A stretch of 31,579 bases of DNA, from the IMG/VR virus record IMGVR_UViG_3300032070_000025, positions 1 to 31,579 of that record, one strand, 5' to 3'. A model generated the notes under the pieces. The model was not told where the DNA came from. It saw only the letters and a program-made list of their open reading frames with translations, and did not search any database. This stretch comes from a virus (lineage: Duplodnaviria > Caudoviricetes). This document shows positions 6,395 to 15,544 of this stretch, in pieces; the stretch's first letter is position 1, and each line of letters begins with the position of its first letter. Both the position numbers and the translations under genes were made by a program.

Positions 6395-7195
6395 ATGCAG
6401 TTACAGAAGGCAATCGAGCGACCGGGATTGCTTTGTTCAGCGACGCTCGCCGAGATCAAAAAGGAGAGGAAACAACTTACGGCGATCTCGCTATTCACGG
6501 GCTGTGGCGGCGCGGCGTTGGGGATTCGGCAGGCGGGTTTTGAAATCCGCGTGATGGTCGAATGGGATAAGAACGTTTGCAAGACACTCTGGGCAAACTG
6601 GACGATGGAAGGCTTGAAGAATATGCACACCGGCTATCAGATGGCGAACGCCGAGCGGAAAAAGAAAGGCCTGAAGATGATACTGCCGCATTGGTACCAG
6701 AAGCGTGAGCCGGCGATCCTCCAGGCCGACATCACGAAAACGAGCACTGCGGAAATCCTCGCGGCCGGCGGATTGCAGGTGGGCGAAGCGTCATTGCTTG
6801 AAGGTGGGTTCCCATGCCAAGGTTTTTCAACGGCCGGCGCGCGAATAATTAACGACCCGCGCAACAAGCTGTACAAGGAGTGCGTGCGCGTGATCCGGGA
6901 AGCGTTGCCGAGAATATTCTTCCTTGAGAATGTGCCGGGGCTGGTTTCGATGGCCAAGGGCAGAATCATCCGCCAGATCGTCAAGGATCTCGCCGGCTGC
7001 GGCTATAACATCAGCTGGGATATTCTCGACGCCTGCGATTATGGTGTTCCCCAGCACCGCAAGCGGGTGTTCATCAATGGATTGCGGAAAGATGTGGCCA
7101 TATTTCGAAAGAACGGCAGGATGGAGTTGCACATGGGTGCGTGTCCCGGCACGGAACATCACCCGGACTGGTTCCTCAAAAAGTACCCAGCATGA
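6395..7195 (+). CDS. C5-cytosine DNA methyltransferase, lacking C-terminal motifs IX-X
   Basis: Motif I SLFTGCGG, IV GFPCQGFS, VI ENVPG, VIII QHRKRVF; ORF ends about 40 aa after motif VIII. Confidence 0.85.
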   Translation: MQLQKAIERPGLLCSATLAEIKKERKQLTAISLFTGCGGAALGIRQAGFEIRVMVEWDKNVCKTLWANWTMEGLKNMHTGYQMANAERKKKGLKMILPHWYQKREPAILQADITKTSTAEILAAGGLQVGEASLLEGGFPCQGFSTAGARIINDPRNKLYKECVRVIREALPRIFFLENVPGLVSMAKGRIIRQIVKDLAGCGYNISWDILDACDYGVPQHRKRVFINGLRKDVAIFRKNGRMELHMGACPGTEHHPDWFLKKYPA

Positions 7196-8877
7196 AGCAG
7201 ACCATCAAACTCAACCGCGATACCGAGATCGACCTCCCGAAGCTCATCGACAGCCGGCTTTTGGTGCAGGCCAACAGCGGGGGAGGGAAGTCGTGGCTCC
7301 TCCGGCGAATCCTCGAACAGTCGCACGGCAAGGTGCAGCAGATCGTCCTTGATCCCGAAGGCGAGTTTGCGACGCTCCGCGAGAAATACGATTACCTGCT
7401 CGCCGGCAAGGGCGGGGATGTCCCGGCCGAACCTAGGAGCGCCGCGATGCTCGCGCACAAGTTGCTCGAACTCGGCGTGTCGGCCATCATTGATCTCTAC
7501 GAGCTTCGAGCGCAGGAGCGCAAGGCGTTTGTGCGATTGTTTCTCGACGCGATGGTGGACGCTCCGAAGGATCTGTGGCATCCCGTGATGGTGGTGCTCG
7601 ATGAAGCTCACGTTTTTGCTCCAGAGAAGGATGTAAGCGAGGCATCGTCGGCGGTCAAGGATCTCGCTACGCGTGGCCGGAAGCGCGGCTATTGCGCGGT
7701 CTTGGCTACGCAGCGCATCTCAAAGCTCGCGAAGGACGCGGCCGCCGAGTGCAACAACAAACTCATCGGGCGTTCGAGCATCGACATAGACATGAAGCGC
7801 GCCGCGTACGAGCTGGGCTTCACGACGCACGAGCAACTGCTTTCCCTGCGTTCGTTGAAACCCGGCGAGTTCTTTGCCTTTGGGCCGGCGCTCTCCGACG
7901 AAGTGAAAAAGGTCATGGTCGGCGACGTGCAGACGACGCACCCGAAGGCCGGAGCACGGATAGCCACGAAAGTGGTGCCGCCGACGGACAAGATTAAGGC
8001 CGCTCTAAAGAAACTGACCGACCTTCCCCAGGAAGCGGAGAAGGAACTGCGGACATCAGCCGAACTCCGGCAAGAGGTTGCAACCTTGCGGCGAGAGCTC
8101 ACCATCGCCAAGCGCGCGCCGGGCGCGCCTTCGGTGAGAATCGAGCGCATCGAAGTCCCGACCGTCGGCAAACGAGCGCTGAAGGGATTGGAGGAAGCAA
8201 CGGTAAAAGGAAGGGCTGCGGTCAAAGCGGTGAAGGAGTACGCTGCGGTCATCGATACGAGTGTTTCTAAATTGTCCGCCGAGCTTGCGAAGGTGGCGGC
8301 CCGTCGCGTCGTTCCGCGCCCGTTCGCCCAGCCAGTTCAGACAAGTAGAGAGGTTGTTGCGCGGCCAGCGCCGACATTCCGCGATCCCGATGCGGAGCCA
8401 CTCATGGGTCCGGAACAGCGCATTCTTGATGCCATCGCATGGATGGAAACCATCGGTATCGTCGAATCTGAGCAGGTTGGCGTTGCGTTCCTCGCTGGCT
8501 ATACTTACGGCGGCGGGGCATTCAATAATCCGAAGGGCAAACTCCGTTCACGAGGGCTGGTTGATTACCGGGACAACCGGATTGTCCTGACCGAGGAAGG
8601 AAGGAAACTGGCCAAAATCCCGGAGGCACCCTTGAACACCGAAGAATTACACAACGCGGTTCTCGCGCGGCTGCCCGGCCCCGAAAAGAAACTCCTCAAG
8701 GAATTGCTCGCGGTCTATCCGCAAGACCTCTCGAACGAGGAACTCGCCGAGAGAAGCGGCTACATGTCCAACGGCGGCGCCTTCAACAACCCCAAGGGAC
8801 GACTGCGGACGCTCGGGTTGGTCGAGTACCCGACGGCGCGCAGGATAAAGGCCCGGTCGTTGCTATTCCTCGAATAA
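7192..8877 (+). CDS. HerA/DUF87-like P-loop ATPase with coiled coil and two C-terminal winged-helix-like repeats
   Basis: Walker A ANSGGGKS, DPEGEF, Walker B VVLDEAH, GRKRG, ATQR; GGAFNNPKG-LR--GLV-Y occurs twice; ATGA overlap favours start 7192. Confidence 0.8.
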   Translation: MKQTIKLNRDTEIDLPKLIDSRLLVQANSGGGKSWLLRRILEQSHGKVQQIVLDPEGEFATLREKYDYLLAGKGGDVPAEPRSAAMLAHKLLELGVSAIIDLYELRAQERKAFVRLFLDAMVDAPKDLWHPVMVVLDEAHVFAPEKDVSEASSAVKDLATRGRKRGYCAVLATQRISKLAKDAAAECNNKLIGRSSIDIDMKRAAYELGFTTHEQLLSLRSLKPGEFFAFGPALSDEVKKVMVGDVQTTHPKAGARIATKVVPPTDKIKAALKKLTDLPQEAEKELRTSAELRQEVATLRRELTIAKRAPGAPSVRIERIEVPTVGKRALKGLEEATVKGRAAVKAVKEYAAVIDTSVSKLSAELAKVAARRVVPRPFAQPVQTSREVVARPAPTFRDPDAEPLMGPEQRILDAIAWMETIGIVESEQVGVAFLAGYTYGGGAFNNPKGKLRSRGLVDYRDNRIVLTEEGRKLAKIPEAPLNTEELHNAVLARLPGPEKKLLKELLAVYPQDLSNEELAERSGYMSNGGAFNNPKGRLRTLGLVEYPTARRIKARSLLFLE

Positions 8878-8891
8878 CCCCACTCCCTAAC

Positions 8892-9350
8892 ATGACCGAC
8901 ATACAAAAGAGTTTTACCGGACACCCGTGCCTTTGTACCGCCTGCCTACAAGCCCGTGATTCCGAAATAGCCAGAGTTCGAGCTGAAGCCCGCGCCTCCG
9001 GCATAAAGGAAACCAAAAAAGCGTTCGGCGGCTGTACCGAGTGCTACGGAAAGGGTTATGCCACTGTCCGCTACGGCAAGCAGGGCTTTGAGGACTTTGG
9101 TGGCGAGGGATTTATCATCGCCCCGACAACCCACATTCACTTCTGTTTGTGCGACCGAGGAAAGCAACTCAAGGTATATTTCAGCGAAGCCCATGCCTCC
9201 GGCCGAGCCGAGTTCAAGGAGGAGGCGATAAAGATTGGTGAGCAGATGCGGAGCCGTCTTATGAACCGGAAAACGCCGGAATATCCACTACGAAAGATGT
9301 GGTGCGATATTCTCTCTGACTACCAGCGTCGCCTCCGCTCCCTCCCCTAA
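8892..9350 (+). CDS. Cys-rich hypothetical phage protein
   Basis: CLCTAC, CTECYGKG, CLC motifs. Confidence 0.6.
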   Translation: MTDIQKSFTGHPCLCTACLQARDSEIARVRAEARASGIKETKKAFGGCTECYGKGYATVRYGKQGFEDFGGEGFIIAPTTHIHFCLCDRGKQLKVYFSEAHASGRAEFKEEAIKIGEQMRSRLMNRKTPEYPLRKMWCDILSDYQRRLRSLP

Positions 9351-9362
9351 CAACTAACCTAT

Positions 9363-9614
9363 ATGAGCAAGAACCAGAAGAAGAAAACCATCTACCTGCT
9401 CGACCATCGTTTGAAATGGCGGGCGTTCAAAAAACTGCACGACAAAATCGTGCGGGATTCTGGGCCGTCGCCTAAGAATATGGACAAGGTATTATGGCAG
9501 ATGATGAGGGACAGGCGGATTGTATGCTGGTTCGGAAAGGATTTGCCGGACGACATGGGCATCGGCCTCAAGATCCCGAAGGGATACGAGGTAAAATTGA
9601 TAACAAAGAAATGA
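9363..9614 (+). CDS. hypothetical basic protein
   Basis: 83 aa ORF in operon. Confidence 0.6.
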   Translation: MSKNQKKKTIYLLDHRLKWRAFKKLHDKIVRDSGPSPKNMDKVLWQMMRDRRIVCWFGKDLPDDMGIGLKIPKGYEVKLITKK

Positions 9615-10105
9615 AACGCGGCGGCTACCTCAAAAGAAAATCCGGCCTGCGATCAAAGGGTCAAACCCTGACGGCGTTGTGCAAGGATAGGATACAGGGC
9701 TTGTTACACGAGATAGTTATCGCCCGTGACGGTGGTTGTGTGCTTCGTTTCTTCCCACATATTGCCGGAAAATGTTTCAATGCGGTGCGGACTAAGGACG
9801 GCCACCTTGTACTCCAGGCCGACCACCTCAACGGCCGCCAGTACAGCGTATCCTATGCCGACAGCCGCGATGTCGTCTGCGGTTGCTCCGGGCATCACCT
9901 GAGGTGGAAACCGAGGAACCCCGTCGCCTATGTCACGCTGGTAAAACAGTATATCCTCAGAACACCTGATGGCCCAGCGTGGTGGGCAAAAGTCGAGGAG
10001 TTTCTGCATGACCGCGCCATTCACAGGATGTCCCTTTGGGATTGGCAAAAGGCCGAACTCGCCTTGCAACAGGAACTGCGAAACCTCCGTGAAAAAGCCG
10101 CCTAG
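9611..10105 (+). CDS. NinG/HNH-like nuclease
   Basis: RDGGC...C...QADH...CSGHH pattern; ATGA overlap favours start 9611. Confidence 0.65.
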   Translation: MKRGGYLKRKSGLRSKGQTLTALCKDRIQGLLHEIVIARDGGCVLRFFPHIAGKCFNAVRTKDGHLVLQADHLNGRQYSVSYADSRDVVCGCSGHHLRWKPRNPVAYVTLVKQYILRTPDGPAWWAKVEEFLHDRAIHRMSLWDWQKAELALQQELRNLREKAA

Positions 10106-10256
10106 CTTCATCACCACCAGCCGCAACGCGGCCCGAGAGTTCGCCCGGATTGGCTACCAAGTGGAGCAGCAGGGCGACGACTACGCTGGCTATTGCTGGA
10201 AAATTACTCCCAAGCGGCGGCTTGCCAAAGGTCGGAGAAAGGGTAGAATGACGTAA
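10089..10256 (+). CDS. small hypothetical protein
   Basis: GTG start, KKPPSFITTSRNAAREFARIGY...; fills the gap. Confidence 0.4.
   Translation: MKKPPSFITTSRNAAREFARIGYQVEQQGDDYAGYCWKITPKRRLAKGRRKGRMT
10222..10249 (+). promoter_or_regulatory. putative promoter for the packaging genes
   Basis: TTGCCA, 16 bp, TAGAAT. Confidence 0.55.
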
Positions 10257-10261
10257 AAAGG

Positions 10262-10426
10262 ATGTCCCGCAAATTCGACCGAAGGCAGCGGATCGAACAG
10301 AGGGCGCGCGAGCTACTCGTCAATCCCTACGTCGCCGCGCAAATTCTCACTCATCTATTGCGGCCGAAGCCCCGCTGGATTCCGAACATCGTATGGCGGG
10401 GATTGCAGAACATTGTACTTCAATGA
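10262..10426 (+). CDS. small hypothetical protein (54 aa, not in ORF track)
   Basis: MSRKFDRRQRIEQRARELL...LRPKPRWIPNIVW; ATGA overlap with terS. Confidence 0.6.
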   Translation: MSRKFDRRQRIEQRARELLVNPYVAAQILTHLLRPKPRWIPNIVWRGLQNIVLQ

Positions 10427-10866
10427 AGAAGAAGCACGCCGGCGGCAGGCCGACCAAGTACAAGCCGAGATATTGCGAGGCGCTGATTAAGTTCTTTGCC
10501 GCCCGGAAATCCAAGCGGGTACTCAAGGCCCATATCACGGGCAAGAACGACTACGAGAAGGATGAGTACGAAACCGTTCCAAACGAGCTTCCCACATTCG
10601 CAAAGTTCGCCCGGAAGATCGGCGTGAACGGCGACACCATCGTCGAGTGGGCCAAAAAGTATAAGGAGTTTTCCGCCGCCTATAACGTGGCCAAGGAGCT
10701 TCAAAAGGAATTTCTGGTAGACAACGGCCTTGCAGGGCTCTACCCGCCGGCATCCTTCATTTTCACCGCCAAGAACGTGACCGATATGCGCGATAAGCAG
10801 GAGGTCGAAGTGACCGGGAAGAAGCTCATCGTCCTGGACGATGAAGGAGCAAATCGAAAAGGTTAA
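10423..10866 (+). CDS. terS: terminase small subunit
   Basis: N-terminal GGRPTKY, HTH region, IFTAKN motif; directly before terL. Confidence 0.85.
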   Translation: MKKKHAGGRPTKYKPRYCEALIKFFAARKSKRVLKAHITGKNDYEKDEYETVPNELPTFAKFARKIGVNGDTIVEWAKKYKEFSAAYNVAKELQKEFLVDNGLAGLYPPASFIFTAKNVTDMRDKQEVEVTGKKLIVLDDEGANRKG

Positions 10867-12187
10867 GTTTTCCGACCTCGTCCGCTGGACGGCGAAGCAG
10901 AAAGACGCCGACCGCGCCGTTCGCGATTTCAAATACATCCTCTACGGCGGCGCGATGGGCGGCGGCAAATCCTACTGGCTCCGGTGGGAGCTGGTCAAGT
11001 TGCTGCTGTACTACCACGCGAAGTACGGATTGACCGGCGTCACCGTCGGCTTGTTCTGCGAAGATTACCCGGCTCTGAAAGACCGGCAACTGAAGAAGAT
11101 CAGCGCGGAGTTCCCCGAGTGGCTCGGGACCAGGCACGCGGATGACAAAGACCACGGAAACTGTTTCATTCTCAACCCCGAGTACGGCTCGGGGGTTCTC
11201 GCCTTCCGCAACCTCGACGACACCTCGAAATATCAATCGGCGGAATTTGCCGCGATCGGCGTGGACGAACTCACCAAGAACTCCGAGGACGTCTTCGAGG
11301 ATCTTCGAAACCGGCTGCGATGGCCCGGCATCACCGATGTCAAATTTCTTGGTGCCACGAATCCGGGCGGCATCGGCCACGCGTGGGTGAAGAAATACTG
11401 GCTCGACCGCGAATTTCCGCCGAACGAAAAAGAGAGCGGGCTGTTCGTCTACATTCCGGCGAAAGCCAAAGACAATCCGCACCTCGACCCCGTCTACCTC
11501 CAGCAGCTCGAAAGTTTGCCCGAGGAGAAGCGCAAGGCATACCTCGAAGGCGACTGGAATATCTTCAAGGGGCAATACTTCACGGAGTGGCGCAATGAGA
11601 TCCATACGTGCGCGCCGTTCAAACTTCCCGAGAATTGGGAGCGGTTCGTCTCAATTGACTACGGCTATGCCAAGCCGTCGGCGGTCTATTGGTGGGCATC
11701 GGACTACGACGGGAATCTGTACGCCTACCGTGAGCTGTACGAGACCGAACTGACATTCAAAGACCTCGCACGGAAGGTTCTCTCCATGACGCCGACGAAG
11801 GAGGACGTGCGGTACTGGGTTGCCGATCCCGCGATCTGGGCCAAGGGGAACGAGCGCGAGGGTGAGCCGGTGAAGATGTCCGGCGCCGAGCTCATGTACG
11901 AGGCCGCGGTGGAACTGAAGCGCAGCATCCAGCTGATTCCCGGCAACAACGACCGGCTGACAGGCTGGGGCATATTCCGGGAGTACCTGAAACCCATCGT
12001 GGTTGAAGGCAAGAAAACGGCCCGAATCAAGTATTTTACGATCTGCCCGAACGCTATCCGCACCATTCCGTCACTTATCTACGACGACATCCGGCCGGAA
12101 GACCTGGATTCAGGCGGAGAAGACCACGCAGCCGATTCGTCCCGGTACGGCATCATGTCGCGCCCGCAGCCCTCGGATCGGCCCTAG
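10841..12187 (+). CDS. terL: terminase large subunit
   Basis: Walker A GGAMGGGKS, Walker B IGVDE, ATNPGG, nuclease IDYG and DHAADSSRY. Confidence 0.95.
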   Translation: MKEQIEKVKFSDLVRWTAKQKDADRAVRDFKYILYGGAMGGGKSYWLRWELVKLLLYYHAKYGLTGVTVGLFCEDYPALKDRQLKKISAEFPEWLGTRHADDKDHGNCFILNPEYGSGVLAFRNLDDTSKYQSAEFAAIGVDELTKNSEDVFEDLRNRLRWPGITDVKFLGATNPGGIGHAWVKKYWLDREFPPNEKESGLFVYIPAKAKDNPHLDPVYLQQLESLPEEKRKAYLEGDWNIFKGQYFTEWRNEIHTCAPFKLPENWERFVSIDYGYAKPSAVYWWASDYDGNLYAYRELYETELTFKDLARKVLSMTPTKEDVRYWVADPAIWAKGNEREGEPVKMSGAELMYEAAVELKRSIQLIPGNNDRLTGWGIFREYLKPIVVEGKKTARIKYFTICPNAIRTIPSLIYDDIRPEDLDSGGEDHAADSSRYGIMSRPQPSDRP

Positions 12188-12289
12188 AAGGCAAAGACCC
12201 ATACAGAGGAACTCTGGGACCGGATCGAGGATGACATAAAGCAAATCTCCCAGCCCGAGCAGGAGACGGCTTGGGGATAACTGGCTGGC

Positions 12290-12317
12290 TTGCAGTTGTG
12301 CGCCGTCGCGCTACAAT
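12290..12317 (+). promoter_or_regulatory. putative promoter
   Basis: TTGCAG, 16 bp, TACAAT; TGGGGATAA (reverse DnaA-box-like) at 12272-12280. Confidence 0.55.
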
Positions 12318-12336
12318 AAAAGCAATCCTATCCCTA

Positions 12337-12573
12337 ATGACCCCCGAACAGACCGCGCGAAAAAAACTGCTTGAGGATATGCTCGCTGGAGCACAGCTGG
12401 CATTGTGGTCGAATGAGATTGACGAAAAGACGTTGCAGCGGTTACGAATTGCCGAGAATAACACTAACTACGACTCGCAACTCGCCGCAGCGCAGGCAAT
12501 CATTCGTGCGATGACGCAAAAGATCGGGGTTCTGAAGAATGAACTCGCTGATTTGGAAAAGGTCGGCCAGTAA
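12337..12573 (+). CDS. coiled-coil hypothetical protein
   Basis: In-frame ATG 12337 downstream of the promoter. Confidence 0.6.
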   Translation: MTPEQTARKKLLEDMLAGAQLALWSNEIDEKTLQRLRIAENNTNYDSQLAAAQAIIRAMTQKIGVLKNELADLEKVGQ

Positions 12574-12590
12574 CCAATCGTATCGTAGCC

Positions 12591-12806
12591 ATGGAAAAAA
12601 ACTGTGAAATCTGCGGAGCGACGTTCAACGAGGGCGAGGCGTGTCCCAACAAGGTGAACCACGCGGGACTGGGGAGTGCACCGGCGCCCGAACCGCCAGA
12701 ACCGACTCCGCCTGTCGAACCCGCTCCAAACCCAGATGGCGAGCCGGCGGCGCCGGCTAAACCCGCGTCGTCCGAGACGCCCGCGCCGCGCAAGAAAAAG
12801 AAGTAG
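12591..12806 (+). CDS. small Pro-rich protein with N-terminal CxxC
   Basis: CEICG...C; AAAGGTCG 25 nt upstream. Confidence 0.6.
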   Translation: MEKNCEICGATFNEGEACPNKVNHAGLGSAPAPEPPEPTPPVEPAPNPDGEPAAPAKPASSETPAPRKKKK

Positions 12807-13055
12807 ATGTTCGAGCCTCTCACCCTCATCCTGCTCATCGCCTTCATGGTCTTCCGTGAGGTCTTGCACTATCGGCAGGTTCAGGACCTCACGTTGAAGA
12901 TCAAAGCAGCGAATGTTTTTGAATACGAAACGGCCAAGGCCGCAGAGAAGAAGCCGATGCCGGATGTTCCCGCCATCGCGCCGAAATCTTTTGACGAACT
13001 CGATCCCGACGAAGCACTAAAGGCCATTTCAGAAAATCTCCATGAGGAGGAATAG
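12807..13055 (+). CDS. small protein with N-terminal hydrophobic helix
   Basis: LTLILLIAFMVF; immediately before the portal. Confidence 0.65.
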   Translation: MFEPLTLILLIAFMVFREVLHYRQVQDLTLKIKAANVFEYETAKAAEKKPMPDVPAIAPKSFDELDPDEALKAISENLHEEE

Positions 13056-13071
13056 ACAAGGCACTAGATAG

Positions 13072-14865
13072 GTGGCTGATACTCCCACCGGAACCGCAAA
13101 ACTCGTACTAGACCTTTTCAACTCCGCGAACGCCTCGCGCAAGAAGCACGAGATGCGGTGGTACATCGGGGATAATTTCCTCGAAAACAACCACTTTTTG
13201 AAAGCCTTGAACCAGCTCGGGCAGCTTGAGCAGATCAAGTTCCCGACGGGCATTCAGATCCGCCCCATCCCGAGGGCGAAGAAGCAGATCAAGTCGATGG
13301 TCAATCTCGTTCTCTCGAACGACCCACGGTGGAACATCTACCCGCGGCCGACCATTGATCTCAAAAAGGACCCGAACGCGATGGCGCAGTACGACGAAAC
13401 CGTTCGTCGCTTGGGCCAGTGGTTCGACGACCTGTGGTACTTCCTCGACCTTAAGGACCAGATCCGGAAGCTCGTTACCTACGGGTACAAGTACAACGTC
13501 GGCTACATCGAGATTGGGGGAGACCCCGAGGGCAACATCTTCTGCGATGCGTACGAACCCTACGACATATGGCACGAATCGGGCATCTCGGAACTCAAGG
13601 AAACCTCGTTTCTCATCAAAGGTGTTTCGCGCACTTTGCAGTACATCAAGAACGTCAAAGGCCAGGACAGCCAGCCGCTGTACGACCCTAATGCGACCGC
13701 GCAGCTCAAAGCCGAGTCGCGGCTTGCTCTTTCCGACTGGAAAAACATCCGGCTCCTCGAACAGAACAAGGGAGCTACAAAGGGAATCGAGGATGAGCGG
13801 ATCGCGCGGGTGTTTCTCAAGGAGTGCTGGGTCAAGGACGGCGAAGAGTGGACGCTGGTCACCGAGAGCCAGGGCAAGACGCTCCGGGAGGCGAAGACGG
13901 GACTCAAAGACCTTCCGTTTGCGGCATACAGCCCGCAGGAGGGGCTCCTATACCAAGCATCCGAACTTGAAGACCTGATCCCAATGAACAAGGGCATCGA
14001 CATTCAGGCGGCGATGCTCGAAGGCTACGCGCGGACGGTCGCCGTGGCGCGGCTACTGAAGCAGAAAATGACGAAGGTTACGAGGAGCATCGGCGAGAAC
14101 GGCGAGATCATCGAGTGGGAGGGCGCGCAACCGCCCGTCTGGCTCGAACCGAGCGCGGCGCCGTCGAGTTCCGTGCAGGTGCTGCAGATCTACCGCGACT
14201 TGATGGACGAGATAGGGACGTCGGTTGTGAGCTTCGGCAAAGTGCCTCGCGGAGTGAAGGCGGCGGCGGCCCTGGAGCAACTTAAAAACGTGGAGTATGC
14301 GAACGCGCAGACGCCGATCGACCGGCTGGCAAAGACGCTTGAAGAAGTTGCGGAGAAAATCCTCGACACCGGCTCTAGGTACTTTACGGAGCCCGTCACT
14401 ATCCCGCACGTGACGGATGGCAAGCCCGATCCGTTCCAACTGGTCGGCGAGAACTCGGTCGCATCATTCAATGAGCAGAGCGGCGCAATCCCAATCTCGG
14501 CGCAGTACATGGTAAAGGTAGAGATTGAGAGCGGCGTCGCCTACACCGAGGAGGGAAAGCGGGACGCGATCATGCAACTTTGGAACGCGAAGCTCCTGCC
14601 GGCGGAGGAGGTGCTCAAGGCGTTCAAATACTCCAACGTCTCGGACATCATCGCGCGGCTCCAGGAAGAACAGGCACAGCAGACATCGATCGTACAGACG
14701 CCGGAGTTCAAGAATCTTCCGCCGCAGCTCCGGTTGCAGATCCTCCAGTCGCTCGGCGTGAACGTAAGCGGCGACGTGTCCGCAAAGATACCGCTTGCCC
14801 TCTTGTCGGGAGGAGCTCCGGCGGCGCCGGCAACACCACCAGCACCGCCAGTCCCACAAGGCTAG
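13072..14865 (+). CDS. portal protein
   Basis: 597 aa, between terL and scaffold/capsid; size and layout of podovirus-type portals. Confidence 0.85.
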   Translation: MADTPTGTAKLVLDLFNSANASRKKHEMRWYIGDNFLENNHFLKALNQLGQLEQIKFPTGIQIRPIPRAKKQIKSMVNLVLSNDPRWNIYPRPTIDLKKDPNAMAQYDETVRRLGQWFDDLWYFLDLKDQIRKLVTYGYKYNVGYIEIGGDPEGNIFCDAYEPYDIWHESGISELKETSFLIKGVSRTLQYIKNVKGQDSQPLYDPNATAQLKAESRLALSDWKNIRLLEQNKGATKGIEDERIARVFLKECWVKDGEEWTLVTESQGKTLREAKTGLKDLPFAAYSPQEGLLYQASELEDLIPMNKGIDIQAAMLEGYARTVAVARLLKQKMTKVTRSIGENGEIIEWEGAQPPVWLEPSAAPSSSVQVLQIYRDLMDEIGTSVVSFGKVPRGVKAAAALEQLKNVEYANAQTPIDRLAKTLEEVAEKILDTGSRYFTEPVTIPHVTDGKPDPFQLVGENSVASFNEQSGAIPISAQYMVKVEIESGVAYTEEGKRDAIMQLWNAKLLPAEEVLKAFKYSNVSDIIARLQEEQAQQTSIVQTPEFKNLPPQLRLQILQSLGVNVSGDVSAKIPLALLSGGAPAAPATPPAPPVPQG

Positions 14866-14872
14866 AAAGGAG

Positions 14873-15046
14873 ATGCCATCCGTATCTGAAAAGCAGCAAC
14901 ACTTCTTCGGGATCGTCCGGGGAATTCAAGAAGGGAAAACTCCGGCCGGATATTCCCCGGCAGCCGCAAAGGTCGCGAGACAAGTAACGCCCAAGCAGGC
15001 GCGGGAATTTGCCGTGAGCCCGAAGGCGTTGCTCAAAACCAAATGA
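14873..15046 (+). CDS. small phage protein (DUF3008-like)
   Basis: MPSVSEKQQHFFG...QAREFA pattern. Confidence 0.6.
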   Translation: MPSVSEKQQHFFGIVRGIQEGKTPAGYSPAAAKVARQVTPKQAREFAVSPKALLKTK

Positions 15047-15285
15047 GCCAGCCAACACCAGCACTAAAAGTGCCGAAGTCGGTACGTATCGAGGAAGCCG
15101 AGAACGGCTACACCGTTTCAACCTCGGATAGCGACAAAAACAAGACGTTCGTGTGCAAGACGCTCGACGAGGCTATGTCCGCCGTGCGCGGCATGATGGC
15201 CGATACTACGGACGCGGCGGTACGGCAGAGCGCGGCAACATCGTTTTTCAAAAAGGCCGATCAACCGGCAGCCGCAGGCCAGTAG
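15043..15285 (+). CDS. hypothetical phage protein
   Basis: VRIEEAENGYTV...TFV pattern; ATGA overlap. Confidence 0.65.
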   Translation: MSQPTPALKVPKSVRIEEAENGYTVSTSDSDKNKTFVCKTLDEAMSAVRGMMADTTDAAVRQSAATSFFKKADQPAAAGQ

Positions 15286-15307
15286 CGGATTGGGGATAGT
15301 GGGCTGC

Positions 15308-15544
15308 TTGACAGGATTGCGCAGAGTAGGAGAATGAAAGCAGTTCCACTATTGCTCCTCCGCGCATGCTCCCGTTGAATGTTGGGGATAGCGAGACGCC
15401 TTGCTCGCGAAACCCCACTCAACTGGAGCAGCCGCGGGGGAACGCCCCCGAACTCCAGGACTTCCCGCGCACAAGGCGACCCACCAGGGCCTAGCGAGGT
15501 ACAGTGGGAAAGGTCGCCGGGAATGCACAGAGACAATCCTTGAT
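15308..15544 (+). promoter_or_regulatory. promoter and long structured 5' leader of the scaffold/capsid operon
   Basis: TTGACA 15308-15313, 16 bp, GAGAAT; long hairpin ~15357-15440; second hairpin 15475-15518. Confidence 0.55.

Noticed and set aside
15344-15354. TTCCACTATTG shared with 31023-31033 as a possible att site
   Set aside because: An 11-bp match is expected by chance in 31 kb, and it lies inside the head module
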